Assembly: GCF_004010195.1 (NCBI RefSeq)
Contig: NC_057718.1
Coordinates: forward strand, 53,977,605 to 54,022,837
Direction of reading: 5' to 3'
Length of the DNA stretch: 45,233 nucleotides
Origin: Chiloscyllium plagiosum
Lineage: Eukaryota
The notes beneath the pieces are model-generated. The model did no database searches. It was not told the DNA's origin and saw nothing but the letters and a program-made list of their open reading frames with translations. A program made the translations under genes and the position numbers. Below are positions 12,261-24,743 of this stretch, in pieces (the stretch's first letter is position 1; each line of letters opens with the position of its first letter).

Positions 12261-14009
12261 ATCACTCTGCTGTAAGTACTTCCAGCTGTGGTTCACACAG
12301 CTGAAGGTTTGCTTGAGCAGCCCAATTGCTTGCTCTATGATATTTTTCACACTAGTATGACTTTTGTTATATGTTTTTTGCTCACATATGTAGGTGAATC
12401 ATGAGCCATGTGGTTGGCAGATAATCCCCATTTCAAAATACCTACATTGCAGATGGCACAGTAATTGGCACAACATGAAGGCATCCTAACTGCTGCCAGA
12501 ATGTCAGACACTGACCTGTGTGATTCACTCCCTATGGTCACACACCACCTGGACATTGAGGGAGTTGAATTGCTTCCAGTTGCACTTACCTTTCTTTCCA
12601 GCTATTGAACCCATGTGAAGCTGTGAGAGATTAAGAGAGGGTGTTGCTGGATTGTTCAGGTCAAAAGTGGCATCAAATCAGGGTTCCTAAAATGGTGCTT
12701 TCTTGCATAAGTAGTGAGCACATTTTCTCCAGACACCACTTTGGACTGGAATGGCACCTGTAGCACGTGTTCCACAAAAAAAAGGTCATCCTGAATATAA
12801 AGTATAATTGTTAGTTTAGTGAATCAATTCAGAGAGCCATTTAGGTATAGAAATAAACTGAACAGTATTGCATTTTATAGAACTCTATTTTTTATTTTTT
12901 TTTCAAATGTTATGAATAAGGTTTAATTTTGAAAAATAAATATAAGGGATACAAAATTAAATTTTGTAGTCTCTGCCTTGCAATTATTCAGATTGGGATA
13001 ACAACAATAACCTTTCACCTGAATGAAGGTAGCCCGGAATAAAATCATACAAATTCAATCAGAAAATCTCTGCAGGCAAATACACTTCTCAAAGGTCTTA
13101 AGTATGATCCATCTCCCGAGATTTTTGCAAATGGCATTATTCTTCCTGCTATTATCTTCTAAGCATATTAGCACAGTTCTGAAAAGAGTTTTAGCAAAAG
13201 AAATTTATTAACACAATTATGTATCTGCTTAATTGAATTTTTAATTTGTAATGGTAAGGCAGTGTTATTGCGGTTTGAAAAATTGACCAAATTACCATAG
13301 GAGCTGCAATATTACATTTTAATGTCAACTGTTTGATAACTGATGTGTCATTAAAAGGTGAGCGCTGGAAATAGGCAGTTGCTCTTTACAAGGTGGGTAT
13401 TATCCTTATTTAATAAAAATGAAGTCAAAAAGCCCGTGGGATAATCACATAATCAGCTGTCTATGATTATCTTATTGTTCATGTTCGTAATAAACTTCAC
13501 ATTGACATTATTAAATATCACTGATATATCACTGATGTAGTTACAGTTCACTGTCCTGAAATTGTCCTCGTCATAACTTGCAAAGAAAATAAAGTGATTT
13601 ATTTTATATGTACCTCTTTCAATAATGCAAATAATTGTTTACACAATTTTAATTATAGTTTTACTCTTCAATAGTATTATTGTTCTTAATTCTTCACAAC
13701 GAACATAATTTGGTATTTTGGACAACTGATCAATATTAATCATCGTGAAAGACTAATAATTACTCGATTTATATTTTAATTTGGACTACAGAAACTCTAA
13801 TCAAGAAATTTATGCCGTTTTAATTTTATTCAAAAATTTCATCAGGTTCCAGATGAGAATTAAAATATTTTTTTCTCCCTCCCCAGCAGGATTAGTTGCC
13901 TTGGTGTCTGTGAATTTGGTTCCTTAGTTTTGTTAATTGCAATTACCAGATTTTCAGATAGAAATATAAGTCAAGAGGAGGAAACTACTTACTTTGTCAT
14001 CCAATGGGA

Positions 14010-14118
14010 GTTTAGAGAGATGCTGAATCTGCCCATAACCATCCTTTTCAAGAGTCAGTAAGGTATGCAATAAGTTCAAGCCTTGCCAGCGATGCTCACA
14101 TACCAAGGAACAATTAAA
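14010..14118 (+). mobile_element. 3' tail of the LINE/SINE family that also ends at ~20200
   Basis: gtatgcaataagttcaagccttgccagcgatgctcacatacc resembles gtatgcaataaatactggacaagccaatgatgtttacatcc at ~20143-20183. Confidence 0.65.
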
Positions 14119-14189
14119 CAGTATTGCAATGTGGGGGCTGGGTGATTTTTCTGCCCACTCCAGATCCAAACAAAGGTAACTTGTAGTCA

Positions 14190-14390
14190 ACCCACATCAC
14201 AACAACTGCATTTCATGCTCATTTATCACATTTCTGTTTGTGAGACCTTTTTACATGCAACATAATGCTATATTTTCCCACATCACAAAGTGACTTCACT
14301 TCAATTGACTGTACTATGTTTTTGACTATTCTCACATTATGGGATCAGGTAATGATGACATTGGTGAGAAATGTAGTTTCTTTCTTGCTT
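14190..14390 (+). mobile_element. Deu-domain SINE (SacSINE1-like) 3' half, degraded
   Basis: tcatttatcacatttctgtttgtgagacc...acatcacaaagtgacttcacttcaa..ttgactgta matches the recalled DeuSINE body. Confidence 0.6.
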
Positions 14391-15139
14391 TGTGTCTGGC
14401 TAGGTACTATGTATAAAAGTAATCAGGTGAGATATTACAATATGCTTCTTATACTTTGCTGATGATAAGGTTTGCATTTTTATTTGTGTGTTTTATCTGG
14501 TCAAAAAAATACACTGAGTTTAAATTTGTGAATTTCACATGTTGCTTCAAAGAAATTTAAGGCAAATTTTAGCCTTCATTCAACATCTTTTTGTTAATTC
14601 ATTCAAGATTAAGCATGGGTATTCCATATGAAAATGGCATATCTGAAAGATACGGCTTCATTCTGTTACTAAGACCATGTTGAGATTCATAGTTTATTCA
14701 TAATCAATGCCTTAATCAAGAGACTGTTTAATTGAGGATAAGCAAGAGCTCTTCTAAATACCATGTCATGTATCCTGGTTATCTTCTGCTGTAAGATGAG
14801 TCTAATTAACTGATATTTGCTTACTTTTATCAACATTTTTATTTCTTTTTAATTTATGTGTAAAAATTGTATTTACCAGAATGGTCTGAAGCTCTAGCAT
14901 ATGTAAATGCCTCAACATAGTTTGTTAACACTAGGATCATTGTTAATCCTCATGGCAATACACTGTAAAGGATTAGAGAGTAGAAACAAGGATTTAAGAT
15001 TCAAAGAAAAGCAGTTTGCTTCCTAAGATTGTCATTGAACCTTGAAATAAGAAAATTGCACAAATAATCCGCAATTATACATCCATAAAGCATAGAAAAT
15101 TACACTTTTTGGTAGCTGCAATATCTGCCCTTGATTACT

Positions 15140-15372
15140 TCTTGAAATTCCCCAATTTCAGTTGCTCCACTCTAAGTGGACTTGTTCTTAGCTACTAAGG
15201 CTGGACTTCCCTCCATCAATCCCTCCACCTCTTTACCTTACTTGTCCCTTTTATCTTATACCTTGCACCAAGACTGTAACCATTTGCCCTAGTATTGTCT
15301 CATGTGGCGCAATGAGCACTCCAGTGAAGCACTTTGGGGACATTTATTAGGGTAAAAGTGCTATATGTTAAC
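15140..15372 (+). mobile_element. L2-type LINE 3' end, degraded
   Basis: ctaaggctggacttccctcc...ctccagtgaagcactttgggacatt...aaaagtgctatatg is an L2-type terminal motif. Confidence 0.6.
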
Positions 15373-15487
15373 CAAATCAAAGTCAGTTTTTTTTTCCATA
15401 TAGGTGTTTTTCTCTTGTTTATTTCATCAGTTTTGCTAATGTACAAGTGAAGATTAATTCCTTCAGTAGCTAACTGTGGGTCAGAGT

Positions 15488-15600
15488 ATTTTTTAATCAA
15501 CGTGCCCATGAATGTTATGACACATTTTGAAACAGGTGGGATTTAAACCCAGGCATCCTTTCTCAAAGATAGGCACACCACCACTGTCCCATAAAAGCCC
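15488..15600 (-). mobile_element. tRNA-derived SINE head
   Basis: The minus strand reads gggcttttatgggacagtggtgg (A-box-like) ... gggtttaaatcccacc (B-box-like). Confidence 0.55.
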
Positions 15601-16947
15601 TCTGTGTCAGACAGCTAAATGAACATCCAATTTGAATCAAGTGATGTAAGACAGTTTGGAAAACCGAATGTAAGCGTTATTTACTTGCAAAGCCAGGCTG
15701 ATTAGTAAGTCTCAGATTGTTCATTAGCAAGGTAAGAATTGAGTACTTTAAGATTTCTCTTGCTACAGTGACCAATGTTCGCACAGATACAAAACAGTTT
15801 CAAGCTGCATTAAAAGTGTGCAGCAAAATGAATTCTTATGATAAGCATTCTGTGGCCCGTTTCTTTCTTGCATGACTGCAATGGAAATGTTTTTTAAGCT
15901 GTTTTCGGTAAATCTCAGGTTGTGAGCATGGCATTTGGCACGAAAGAATATTGCATTCTCAATGTAGCATCCTCTTTCAGACCTGCTGTGTGTTGTAAAC
16001 AATGTCAAGTCAGCAATCTAATCTCAAGCTGATGAATCAGCCACTTTCTTTCTTAATCAGTTCTGCTCAAATGCCTGCCCGTCAATCAAATGCTATGAAA
16101 CGAATCAGTACGAGGTACTGTTTGGAGTAATGTGCTGGCACCAATCCTACTTCTTATACTGGGCCTAAAGGCCTGTTTAGTTAATAGTGCAGGGCACGAA
16201 TCATTGGTGATTCTTAACAAGAAGAGGAGCTCCTCTTAAAATAATGTTGTTTATTGCATGTTAGCAATGGTTACTAATTACAATAGCTAGTGAAACATAA
16301 TAAATAAGATTGTGAGCCAGATATTATGTATCTGACTTCTTTGGGACTTTGAGAAGATTCCACAGCAAGATGGTACGACAGCATCAGAATGGGTAGATTT
16401 TAATATAGTCTGCTTCATTAACATTTTCAGAACCATTGCTTTATACAACAATGGCCGCCTCGTGGACAGTATTTTTCCTTGGCTTTATAATATTCTCTTT
16501 AATTAGTATTACAAACCCTTCCATTCTTTCTTTCTCTATCCTTTCTGGATATTTTATTGAAGAACATTTAATATCCAATTTTTATACATCAAAGTTATTC
16601 CTATATATGGTTATACATGCCTGCAAACCACAATCTTACTTCCACATTCTATGTGTTTACATATAGCATGTTAAATTTAGTTTAGACTTCCTACCACTAT
16701 CCGCTCCTAGCTAATGAAGTCAGATGATTCTGCACTGTAAACCAGAATCTAGGTTAGTGATCTGGTTCAAATGAGTTCAAATCCAACCACAATAGCTGGA
16801 GGAACTTTAATAATTAATCTGGAATTAAAAGGTACTCTAATGTAGAGCATGAAACCAATGTTGATTGTAGTTAAAAACCCATCTGATTCATCAATATCCT
16901 CTAGACATGGAAATCTGCTGACCTTATATGGGAATCCAGATCCAGAG

Positions 16948-17173
16948 TGCAATAACTCCACAGACGCCAGTATCCCATCACCAAGTCACTCTTTATTTAC
17001 ACATGGAAAGTTCATGGCACTGGTCCAGCTTCCTCAGAGCCAGCTCACAGAGTGACAGAACCTCTAACACTCCTCTTTTTATCTGTCAGCCAGGGGTCCC
17101 TGATTGGGGCTGTTAATCTGATCCAATCAGAGAATTTATATTCTATGAGGTCCACCTGGCTGACCACATTACA
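16948..17173 (-). mobile_element. Solo LTR (226 bp), Gypsy-like
   Basis: TG...CA ends with a near-inverted terminus (tgcaat...attaca). Minus-strand AATAAA at ~16992-16997, a TATA-like gataaaaa and CCAAT boxes are present. No clear TSD. Confidence 0.65.
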
Positions 17174-19032
17174 ATCGCCACATAGCGGTGAGGTTGTCTC
17201 TTAACTGCCCTCTGAAATGACCCAAGTGAACAATCAGTTGTACCAAACCAGTAAAGGAATGAAACTGAATAAATCATATCGACATTAACAGGCATCGGAA
17301 ACAACAGAAAAGTCCACCCTGTTGACCTTGAAAAGTCTTCCTGACTAACCTCTTGGTGGTGTGCCAAAATTGGAAAAGCTGCTCCAGAAAGTAGCTAAGC
17401 AATAGCCTGATGTGGTCATATTCTGAGAACCATACCTTTCAGACAATTTCCTGGACACCACCATCACCAGTCCTACATAGGTCCTGTCCTACCGACAGGA
17501 CAGATCCAACAAACGTACTGGCAGTGTTTTACAGGGGAGCAAGTTGCCCTCAGAGTTGTCAATATTGACTGTAAGCAGTTTCATGACATCAGGTCAAGCA
17601 TGAGTAGTGACACCTCCTGTTGATTACTACCTGCCATTGCTACCAGCAAGCTCACTCCCTCTCAACCTCACACATGACTCCTCCACAGCTGATGAATCAG
17701 TTCCTCTCCATGTTAAACAGCTGGACGACACAGTGAGGGTGAGAAGGGCACAGAATGTACGCTGGGTGGGGAATTCAATGTCCATCACCAAAAGTGACTC
17801 AGTTGTACCAACACTAACCAAGCCAGTCGGGTGCGATAGGACTTAGCTGGGTTTGTGGCAGGGCTAAGAAAACTAACAGCCTCGCCATTCTAGCTATCAC
17901 AGGTGCATCTGTCCATGACAGTAGTGGTAGAAATGACCACATACAGAACATGTGGAGACCATATCTTGTTGTCACAGTGAGGATATCCTCCATCGGCTTA
18001 GCACTGTCGCCAAGCTAATTTGGATAAATGTTGAATTGATCTAGCAGTATAGTTGTTTTCAACCATAAGTTGTAACCTTATGGCCCAGCAAAACCCCCAC
18101 TCTTGCATTACCATCAAGCCAGAAGCTCCACCGTATTTCAATAAACGGCGCAGGAATGCATGCCATGAGCTGTAGCAAGATGAGATATCAACCTTGTGAA
18201 GATACTACACGGGACTACTTGCATGCCAAAAAGCAGACACAGCATGCAATTGATTAAGCTAAGAGATCCCATAAACAACAGATCTGATCTATGCTCTGAG
18301 TTCTGCCACATCCAGGCATGAATGGATAATTAAACAACTAACAGAAGGTGAAGACTCCACAAATATGCCCATGCTTAATGATGGTGCAGCCCAGCACATC
18401 CATGCAAAAGATAAGTCTGAAGCACTTGCAAGATCTTCAGCCAGACATGCCAAGTGGATTACCCAGCATGACCTCGTCTCGAGGTCCCCTGTGTCACAGA
18501 TGCCCAAGTTCATCCGAACTGATCCACTTCAGACAATATCAAGAAAAGACAGTCAGCATGGGGAATATACGTCCATAGACTCTGACAATATTATCTCAAT
18601 AGTACTTAGAGCTTCTGCTCCAGAAGTAGCCCCTAAGTCTAGCTATTCCAGTATACCCACAACACTAACCATGTATCTGGCAAAATGGATAATTGCCCAG
18701 GTTTGTCCTGTCCCTAAAAAGGAAGTCAAATTCAAACCACCTGATTTGTGAAGTGTGAGTCTTTCTTCATGTTCAGCAAACTTGTAGAAGGGGCCATAAT
18801 ATCAGTTGCTAGCAAGGAGTACTGGCTCACAATTAAGTTGCCCAGTTTGGATTCTTCCAAACTGCACAGCTCCTGATCTTGAACCAAACATCAAGAAACA
18901 GGAGAACACAGGAGCTCTGCTTTTAATATGATAGCAACGCTTGACCAAGGAGCCCAAGCAAAACTGAAATTGATGGAAATCAGGAGAAAGTTAGTTGTCT
19001 AAGTCATATCTGGCAAAAAGGAAGGGGAGATG

Positions 19033-19171
19033 ATAAAAAAACTGAAAGAACTGCAGGTGCTGGAAGCTTGAAACAAAAGCAGAAATTGCTGGAAAGTCTC
19101 AGCTGGCCTGGCAGCATTTGTGGAAATAAATCAGAGTTCACGTTTTTGGTCCAATGATTCTTCTTCAGAAC
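19033..19171 (-). mobile_element. Penelope-like terminus inserted in the LINE RT region
   Basis: aaagaactgcaggtgctgga...ctcagctggcctggcagcatttgtgga; the minus strand reads gtt-CTGAAGA-a-gaatc-attg-gacca-AAAA-cgtg-aac. A degenerate flanking repeat aggaag..ggagat is present. Confidence 0.75.
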
Positions 19172-20199
19172 ACAGGAAGAAGGAGATTGTTGGCGATCAA
19201 GTTTCTCAATACCAGAGCATCACTTCAAAGTTTCTTAAGTTTGTGTCCTTAGCCCAACCATCTTCAGCTATTTCACCAATGACTTTCCTTCTATCATCAG
19301 GTAAGATTTGGGATATTTGCTGATGATTGCATAATGTTCAGCACCATTCATTTTTCCCAAGATACTGAAAATGTTCATGTCCACATGCAGCAAGATCTGG
19401 ACAACATCCAGATTAGGATTGATAAGTGATCAGTAACATTTGCACCAACAAGCTCCAAACAACAACATGAGAGAACCTACATATTGCCCCTTAACCTGCA
19501 ATGGTGTTGCAATTGCTGAACACTCACTATCAATAATGTGGAGGTTATCTTTGACCAGAAGTTGAATGGGACTGACCAATTAAATATAGCAATTACAAAA
19601 GCAGATCAGGGGCAAGAAATTTTGCAAAGATTAACGCAGCTCCTAACTCCCCAAGACCTGTGCACATTGACAAAGCACAACTTAGAAGTAAGACTTAATA
19701 CTGTTTATTTGCTTGGATGAGTACAACTCCAACAAGATTTAAGGAACTCATCACAAATCAAGCCATAGCAGCCCACTTAAAAGGCACCTCATCCACCAGC
19801 TTCAGCATTCACTCACTCCACCACTAATGCATGGTAGAGCAGTATGTATCATCTACAAATCCTTTGCAGCATCTTATGACGGCTTCTTTGACAGCATTTT
19901 CTAAATATGTGACCTCCACACCTAGAAAAATGTGCAACAGATACGTGGGAATACCACAACCTGCAAGTTCACCTCCAAGTCAGATACCAACCTACCTTAA
20001 AACCATTTCACAATTCCTTCACTGTCACTGAGTCAAAATCCCAGAACTGCCTTCTTAACATTATTGCAGGTGGAACTGGATCACATGGATTGTTGTGATG
20101 CAAGATAGCGACTCACCATTACATTTGCAAGGACAATTAAGTGTATGCAATAAATACTGGACAAGCCAATGATGTTTACATCCTGTGAAATAAAAGAAA

Positions 20200-20652
20200 G
20201 AAGTCTTAGCTCATCTAATAACCTCTGAGTCTATTATTTATGTGTTCACTCTAGTCCATGAAATTATGATGATTCACCAACGCATTACTGTGTGTCCAAC
20301 ACATCAAAATATAATATTCTCACCAGTTTGCTTCCATCTTCATGGCTTTGTCTCTCTCTAGACCAGTAATCTCTTCCATCTTTACCACCTCACCCCTCCA
20401 ATGTATTCAAAGTTATTCATTTGGATGGCCACTTGTGTATTCCATCCAATTGGAAACAGTGTTCCTGACAGCTGTGAAATTTCCTTTACCTCTTCCCTTT
20501 CCTCTCTTTATTCACCATCTTCCCTAAAATCAATCGATTCAAACAAAACTTTTGGTTAACTCGCAGTAGCAAATCCTTTGGCTCTGCATCTGTGTTTGAG
20601 TGAGTATGCATGTATAAAGTGGCTTAGATTACATAATATTAATGCAAGTTGA
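20200..20652 (+). mobile_element. L2 LINE 3' fragment, highly degraded
   Basis: cttcatggctttgtctctctcta...aaacttttggtta...atattaatgcaagttg has the L2 terminal pattern. Confidence 0.5.
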
Positions 20653-20669
20653 TTTTGCAATGACATGAG

Positions 20670-20968
20670 CTCAAGGTGAATATTGAGGATATATTAAAGC
20701 AAAACCATTCCCTCCTGTTCAGGAGGATACTAAAATTCCATGGCACCACATGAAGAAATACCTGAAGATTTTCTACTCAACATTTTACCTTCAACCTAAC
20801 CCACCAAAACAAGGTCATCAGGTGATGTTTTTCTTTGTTTCTGTGTCGAATGGTTGTCACGTTAAATACCACCGTGACTGAATTCATAAAGAAATCAATA
20901 TATGTGGGATACATTCAGAGATACCGAGAAATGTAAAAATGTTTATCGTGAAGCTAAATTAGTTCCTG
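20670..20968 (+). mobile_element. Deu-domain SINE, degraded
   Basis: gttcaggaggatactaaaattccatggcacca..gaaga...caacattttaccttcaacc resembles the Deu core. Confidence 0.55.
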
Positions 20969-21917
20969 TTTTTTGGTCATCTTGCTAGAAATACTAAAGA
21001 TGCACATGCTGTTAAAAACACCAGCATCAGTTAGCTGAGAATTCTTCCAAAACAAACCCACAACTAGCAACAATTCTTAAATTGGGGGGCTACAGAACCA
21101 GGCACATATGCGCACAGTATCTTTGCAGGGAAAAATGATGGTTATTATAAACAAAAAGTGATGTATTTGAATTACATCAAACACATCATCACACTTTGTC
21201 TTTTGTTTCTGATTCAGCTCATTTGCCATTTAATACCCTTCATAACTATGAAAGAAAAAACATAAAACTGCTTTCAGAGAAATATGAGTATTTACCTATA
21301 ATTTCCTAAGTAATGAAGCTGAAGAAAACAGAATGGATTAAGCAAGAGGTTGACAATAGGAAATCTGGAAATAAGTCAATGCATAAATAAAAACATTCAT
21401 ACTAAAATCATGAATAACTCATTTAGAAGTTGAATATGGAAATATCAGATGGGGCCAAGGGTGCAATTTCAGCTCCCTGCATTGTCCCCATTGTAACCCC
21501 TTTCCAATCACAGTGTCAAGCATGGTGATTTGAAGCTGCAGATAACAGGAATGCTTTTGGAAAAAATAAAACTTCTTTAATGAATAATAAATAGAATATT
21601 AACCATTTATTGGATGGGCAGCTAAAATTCTGTTGGAAGAATGAAAACTAAGGCTTAAACTTCTATTCACAATTAATTCTGCAGAGATCCAAGCAGAAGT
21701 GCAAGACCAAATGGGAGCAAGTGTCATCTCCAACATACAGCATTCAGTTTCAGAAGAACGTTACTACTCACCAATTAGGAGATTGCAACATAACTTTGTT
21801 TTTAATAAGCAGTCATATGATCATGATAAAGTAGTGTCAAAAGAAATACGTATTGATCACGATGTTATCACTCAGAACTATTACATATGATTCAGGCCTC
21901 TGAGACTTATTGATTAT

Positions 21918-22013
21918 AAGGGGATCAAGGGTTATGGGGAGAAGGCAGGAGAATGGGGTTGAGAAACATATCAGTCATGATGGAATGGTGGAGCAGACTC
22001 CATGGGCAAAATG
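21918..22013 (+). mobile_element. CR1 3'UTR fragment
   Basis: aagggatcaagggttatggggagaaggcaggagaatgggg...gaatggtggagcagactc. Confidence 0.8.
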
Positions 22014-23194
22014 AGGAATTCACTTTAGCTCTCAAACACAAGATTTCTAACAACATGAGTGCATTTTCTATATTGAATTTGACCCTACAATTGCTACGTA
22101 GGCACATACCTCTATCTAGTCACAAGAGTCAGGGTTTTGTCCAGTATAAAGGATGCTTTTTTACATGCCACAATTTACTTTACAGTTACAATTCCCAAAT
22201 GGATACTAACTATAAGGTTTTATGGACAGCAACATTGTTTCTCTTTAATCTTCACAATCTAGTGCAGTGTTTTCTTGTACACTGCTTAGATGACTAATTT
22301 TCTGCAGTTACCTCATAGTTGCTTCCTTTGGCATACTGTAAATTATCTTCTGCAGTTGCCACCCTGAAAATTCCTTTGCTTAAGTAATTCATCATTGGCA
22401 AAGGTTGGAGCCAAAACATGTTCTCTTTATTGAAATTTTAAACTTAAATCCAAAAATATTGACATGCTACACAAAAAAAATCAATCTGCCTGGGTTAATT
22501 TGAATAACACCATTCACAAGATAAATGTCTGGAATAATTAAAATAACAGAACTACTGCAAAAGAATTTTAACACATCTTGAATTAGTAAATCTGGGACAG
22601 CCTATAAAATAATTTATAAACAACCTGTTCTCGCATTGAGGCCAGTAATGTTTAATGGTATATTGCCTTCCCAGTGCCTAGAAAAAGATCATTAAACAAG
22701 TGAAAAAAAAAATGAGAAAAGTAGGAGTAGCCAAAAGTCATAATTTATCTCAAAACTAATGAGAAAAAACTTCTGCAGATGGTGTTTAAGGAGAGAGGCA
22801 ATAAATTCAAAAGCAAAACTTAAAAGATGTATGTAATGTTTTGTGGGTCATATGCTAGACAGTTTCACGAGAGTCAATGCGTAGCTGCAAGAAAGGTGGA
22901 GGACTGAACATTTTTCCATTCTTAAGCACTTAACAATTGTCCACAGAAATACAGAAGCTACGGCTTTCATGCTAACTGAAAAAAAAAATCAATGCCATTG
23001 TGGAGAAGAGAAAGTAGAGCAATGGTGAGAATTTAAACAAAACAAAAAAAAGCAATGTTTGGGACAGAGCAAGGGGGATTATTAAAGCTGCAGGAATTCT
23101 TGCTTGAAATAACATTTTCTCATAAATATTTCAAAGGAGAAAACATATGGAGGAAACACAGAGGTAGCGAGAAATAAAAACAGTGATCTAGATT

Positions 23195-23370
23195 AAATAT
23201 GGAGGTGCAAGTGTTGGACTGGGGTGGACAGAAGTCACATTACAACAGGTTTATTTGAAATCACAAGGTTTCGGAGCATAGCCCATTCACCAGGTGAACC
23301 AAAAGCATGTGTGATTTCAAATAAATCTGTTGGACTAAAACCTGACATGATGCGACTTTTGACTTTGATC
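23195..23370. mobile_element. Penelope-like inverted terminus with a hammerhead remnant
   Basis: Inverted arms caacaggtttatttgaaatcaca (~23243-23265) and tgtgatttcaaataaatctgttg (~23310-23332). The minus strand reads cac-CTGGTGA-a-tgggc-tat-gctcc-GAAA-cctt-gtg. Confidence 0.75.
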
Positions 23371-24379
23371 GAGATTAGAATATGGGATATCAACAAATTA
23401 AATCAGGAAACCAATATAAAGAATTAATGTCTCTGTCCTAAAACGTGGACTCCAATAATATGTCTATGAATTGTGATGAAGATTTATAATATATAAATAA
23501 TATTTAGGAAATTATATTCTGAAGTAGAGGTAAATGTTTTGTTTTGGTCATCAGTGCCGTCACAAATACAGATCTATCATTTGTTTGAGGGTTAGAAATT
23601 CATTTGAAACAGTGAGCTAAAAACAAACTTTCGAAGAAATCATATGTCTTAAATGATGCAACTTGGTACCTGGTGTGATAATTACTACGTATTGTGGACT
23701 TGAGCTTCTATGGCCAACAGAAGGAGAGGTCAGGGGCCAGAAGTAGTGGTGGTTTGGAAGAAAAGTTCGGTAACAGATGTGTTATTTAGCAGCTTTGAAG
23801 TATTAAAAGCCTTGAGATTACTTCTTAGTTCATTGAGAAATGTCAGTGAGTTAGCCAGAGGAAGAGATTATAATGGTAAAAAATTACATCTGATGAATAC
23901 TTAAAAAAATGCCAAATGTTTATGATCTCATTGATTCAGCAAAAAAATTGGAAGTGGAATTATGTATGGGGTTGAGTCTCTGTGAAGGATATTACTGGAA
24001 AAAGGTTTCATTCCTTCTTTTTGATGTTTATGCTAATACCCTCCCAAACCTCCATGTATAGAGAGAGCTTTTTTAAATTTTCTTTTGTAATGAAATTGCG
24101 TATATTTATTAAAAATGCAGTGAACGTCTTGCTTTAAAATGTTCAGTTCCTGACCACTACAGTAATCAAATTGTCAAAATAAAATTATGGACAGATATGC
24201 CAAGTGCCTCTAGGAATCTGACTTATCCGGTGTTAAAATAAAACTGCAGTGTTAGGAGATTTCATAATGAAAGAAAGATATAATATGTTATATTATTGTG
24301 TTATAACTTACAATAGTTCTTATGGTATAAATTAAAATCCTTTTCATCACAACTTTCATAATCTCAGGTCATTCATGTG

Positions 24380-24743
24380 TGATTTTTAATCCTATTGAAT
24401 TTAGTTTTGGAGGATAGTTGCTATTAATAACTTGGCAAATGCAGCAATAAATTTGCATTTCACACGGTATTAACAAACATGGGATAAATGGCCAGCTTTG
24501 CTGGTATTGATTTAAAGAGAAAAACGTTGGCCATTGCATCAGATATCCCATTATTAGTCAAACAATACACTGGAGTAAGCAGACAATGTGCTAATTTATC
24601 ATTTCAGCTGAAAAATCACATCACAACAAAGCAGAATTCTCTACTTTGCTAAAGGATATCCCAAAATATTGCACTTACATCTTGCAGCAGGGCTAACATC
24701 ACAACCTCAGAAGTGAGAAAAGAACCACTGAGACAACTGACAC
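24380..24743 (-). mobile_element. Deu-domain SINE (SacSINE1-like), near full length, very old
   Basis: The minus 5' end is gtgtcagttgtctcagtggtt (A-box-like). The body is colinear with the recalled DeuSINE consensus (gcagcaataaatttgca...aaatggccag...ttggcca). Confidence 0.55.

Larger units (their letters stand above)
16725..20200 (+). mobile_element. Degraded, apparently full-length single-ORF LINE (CR1/L2 group) with a tRNA-like 5' head
   Basis: B-box-like gagttcaaatcc at 16773-16784. The APE N-terminus starts at ~17332 (KVFLTN..VPKLEKL..Q*PDVVIF*E.YL..RQDR). RT motifs DNIISIVLRASAPE, WIIAQVCPVPKK and GIFADD (~19310-19330) follow, then the 3' tail and an A-rich end. Confidence 0.8.

Noticed and set aside
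13868..13890. Strong plus-strand NAGNAG acceptor (ttttctccctccccagcag)
   Set aside because: Downstream frames close quickly and I see no well-supported partner donor.
22680..24010. Possible very old LINE remnants in purine-rich sequence
   Set aside because: No translatable motif could be recovered by eye, so the region is left unannotated apart from the PLE insert.
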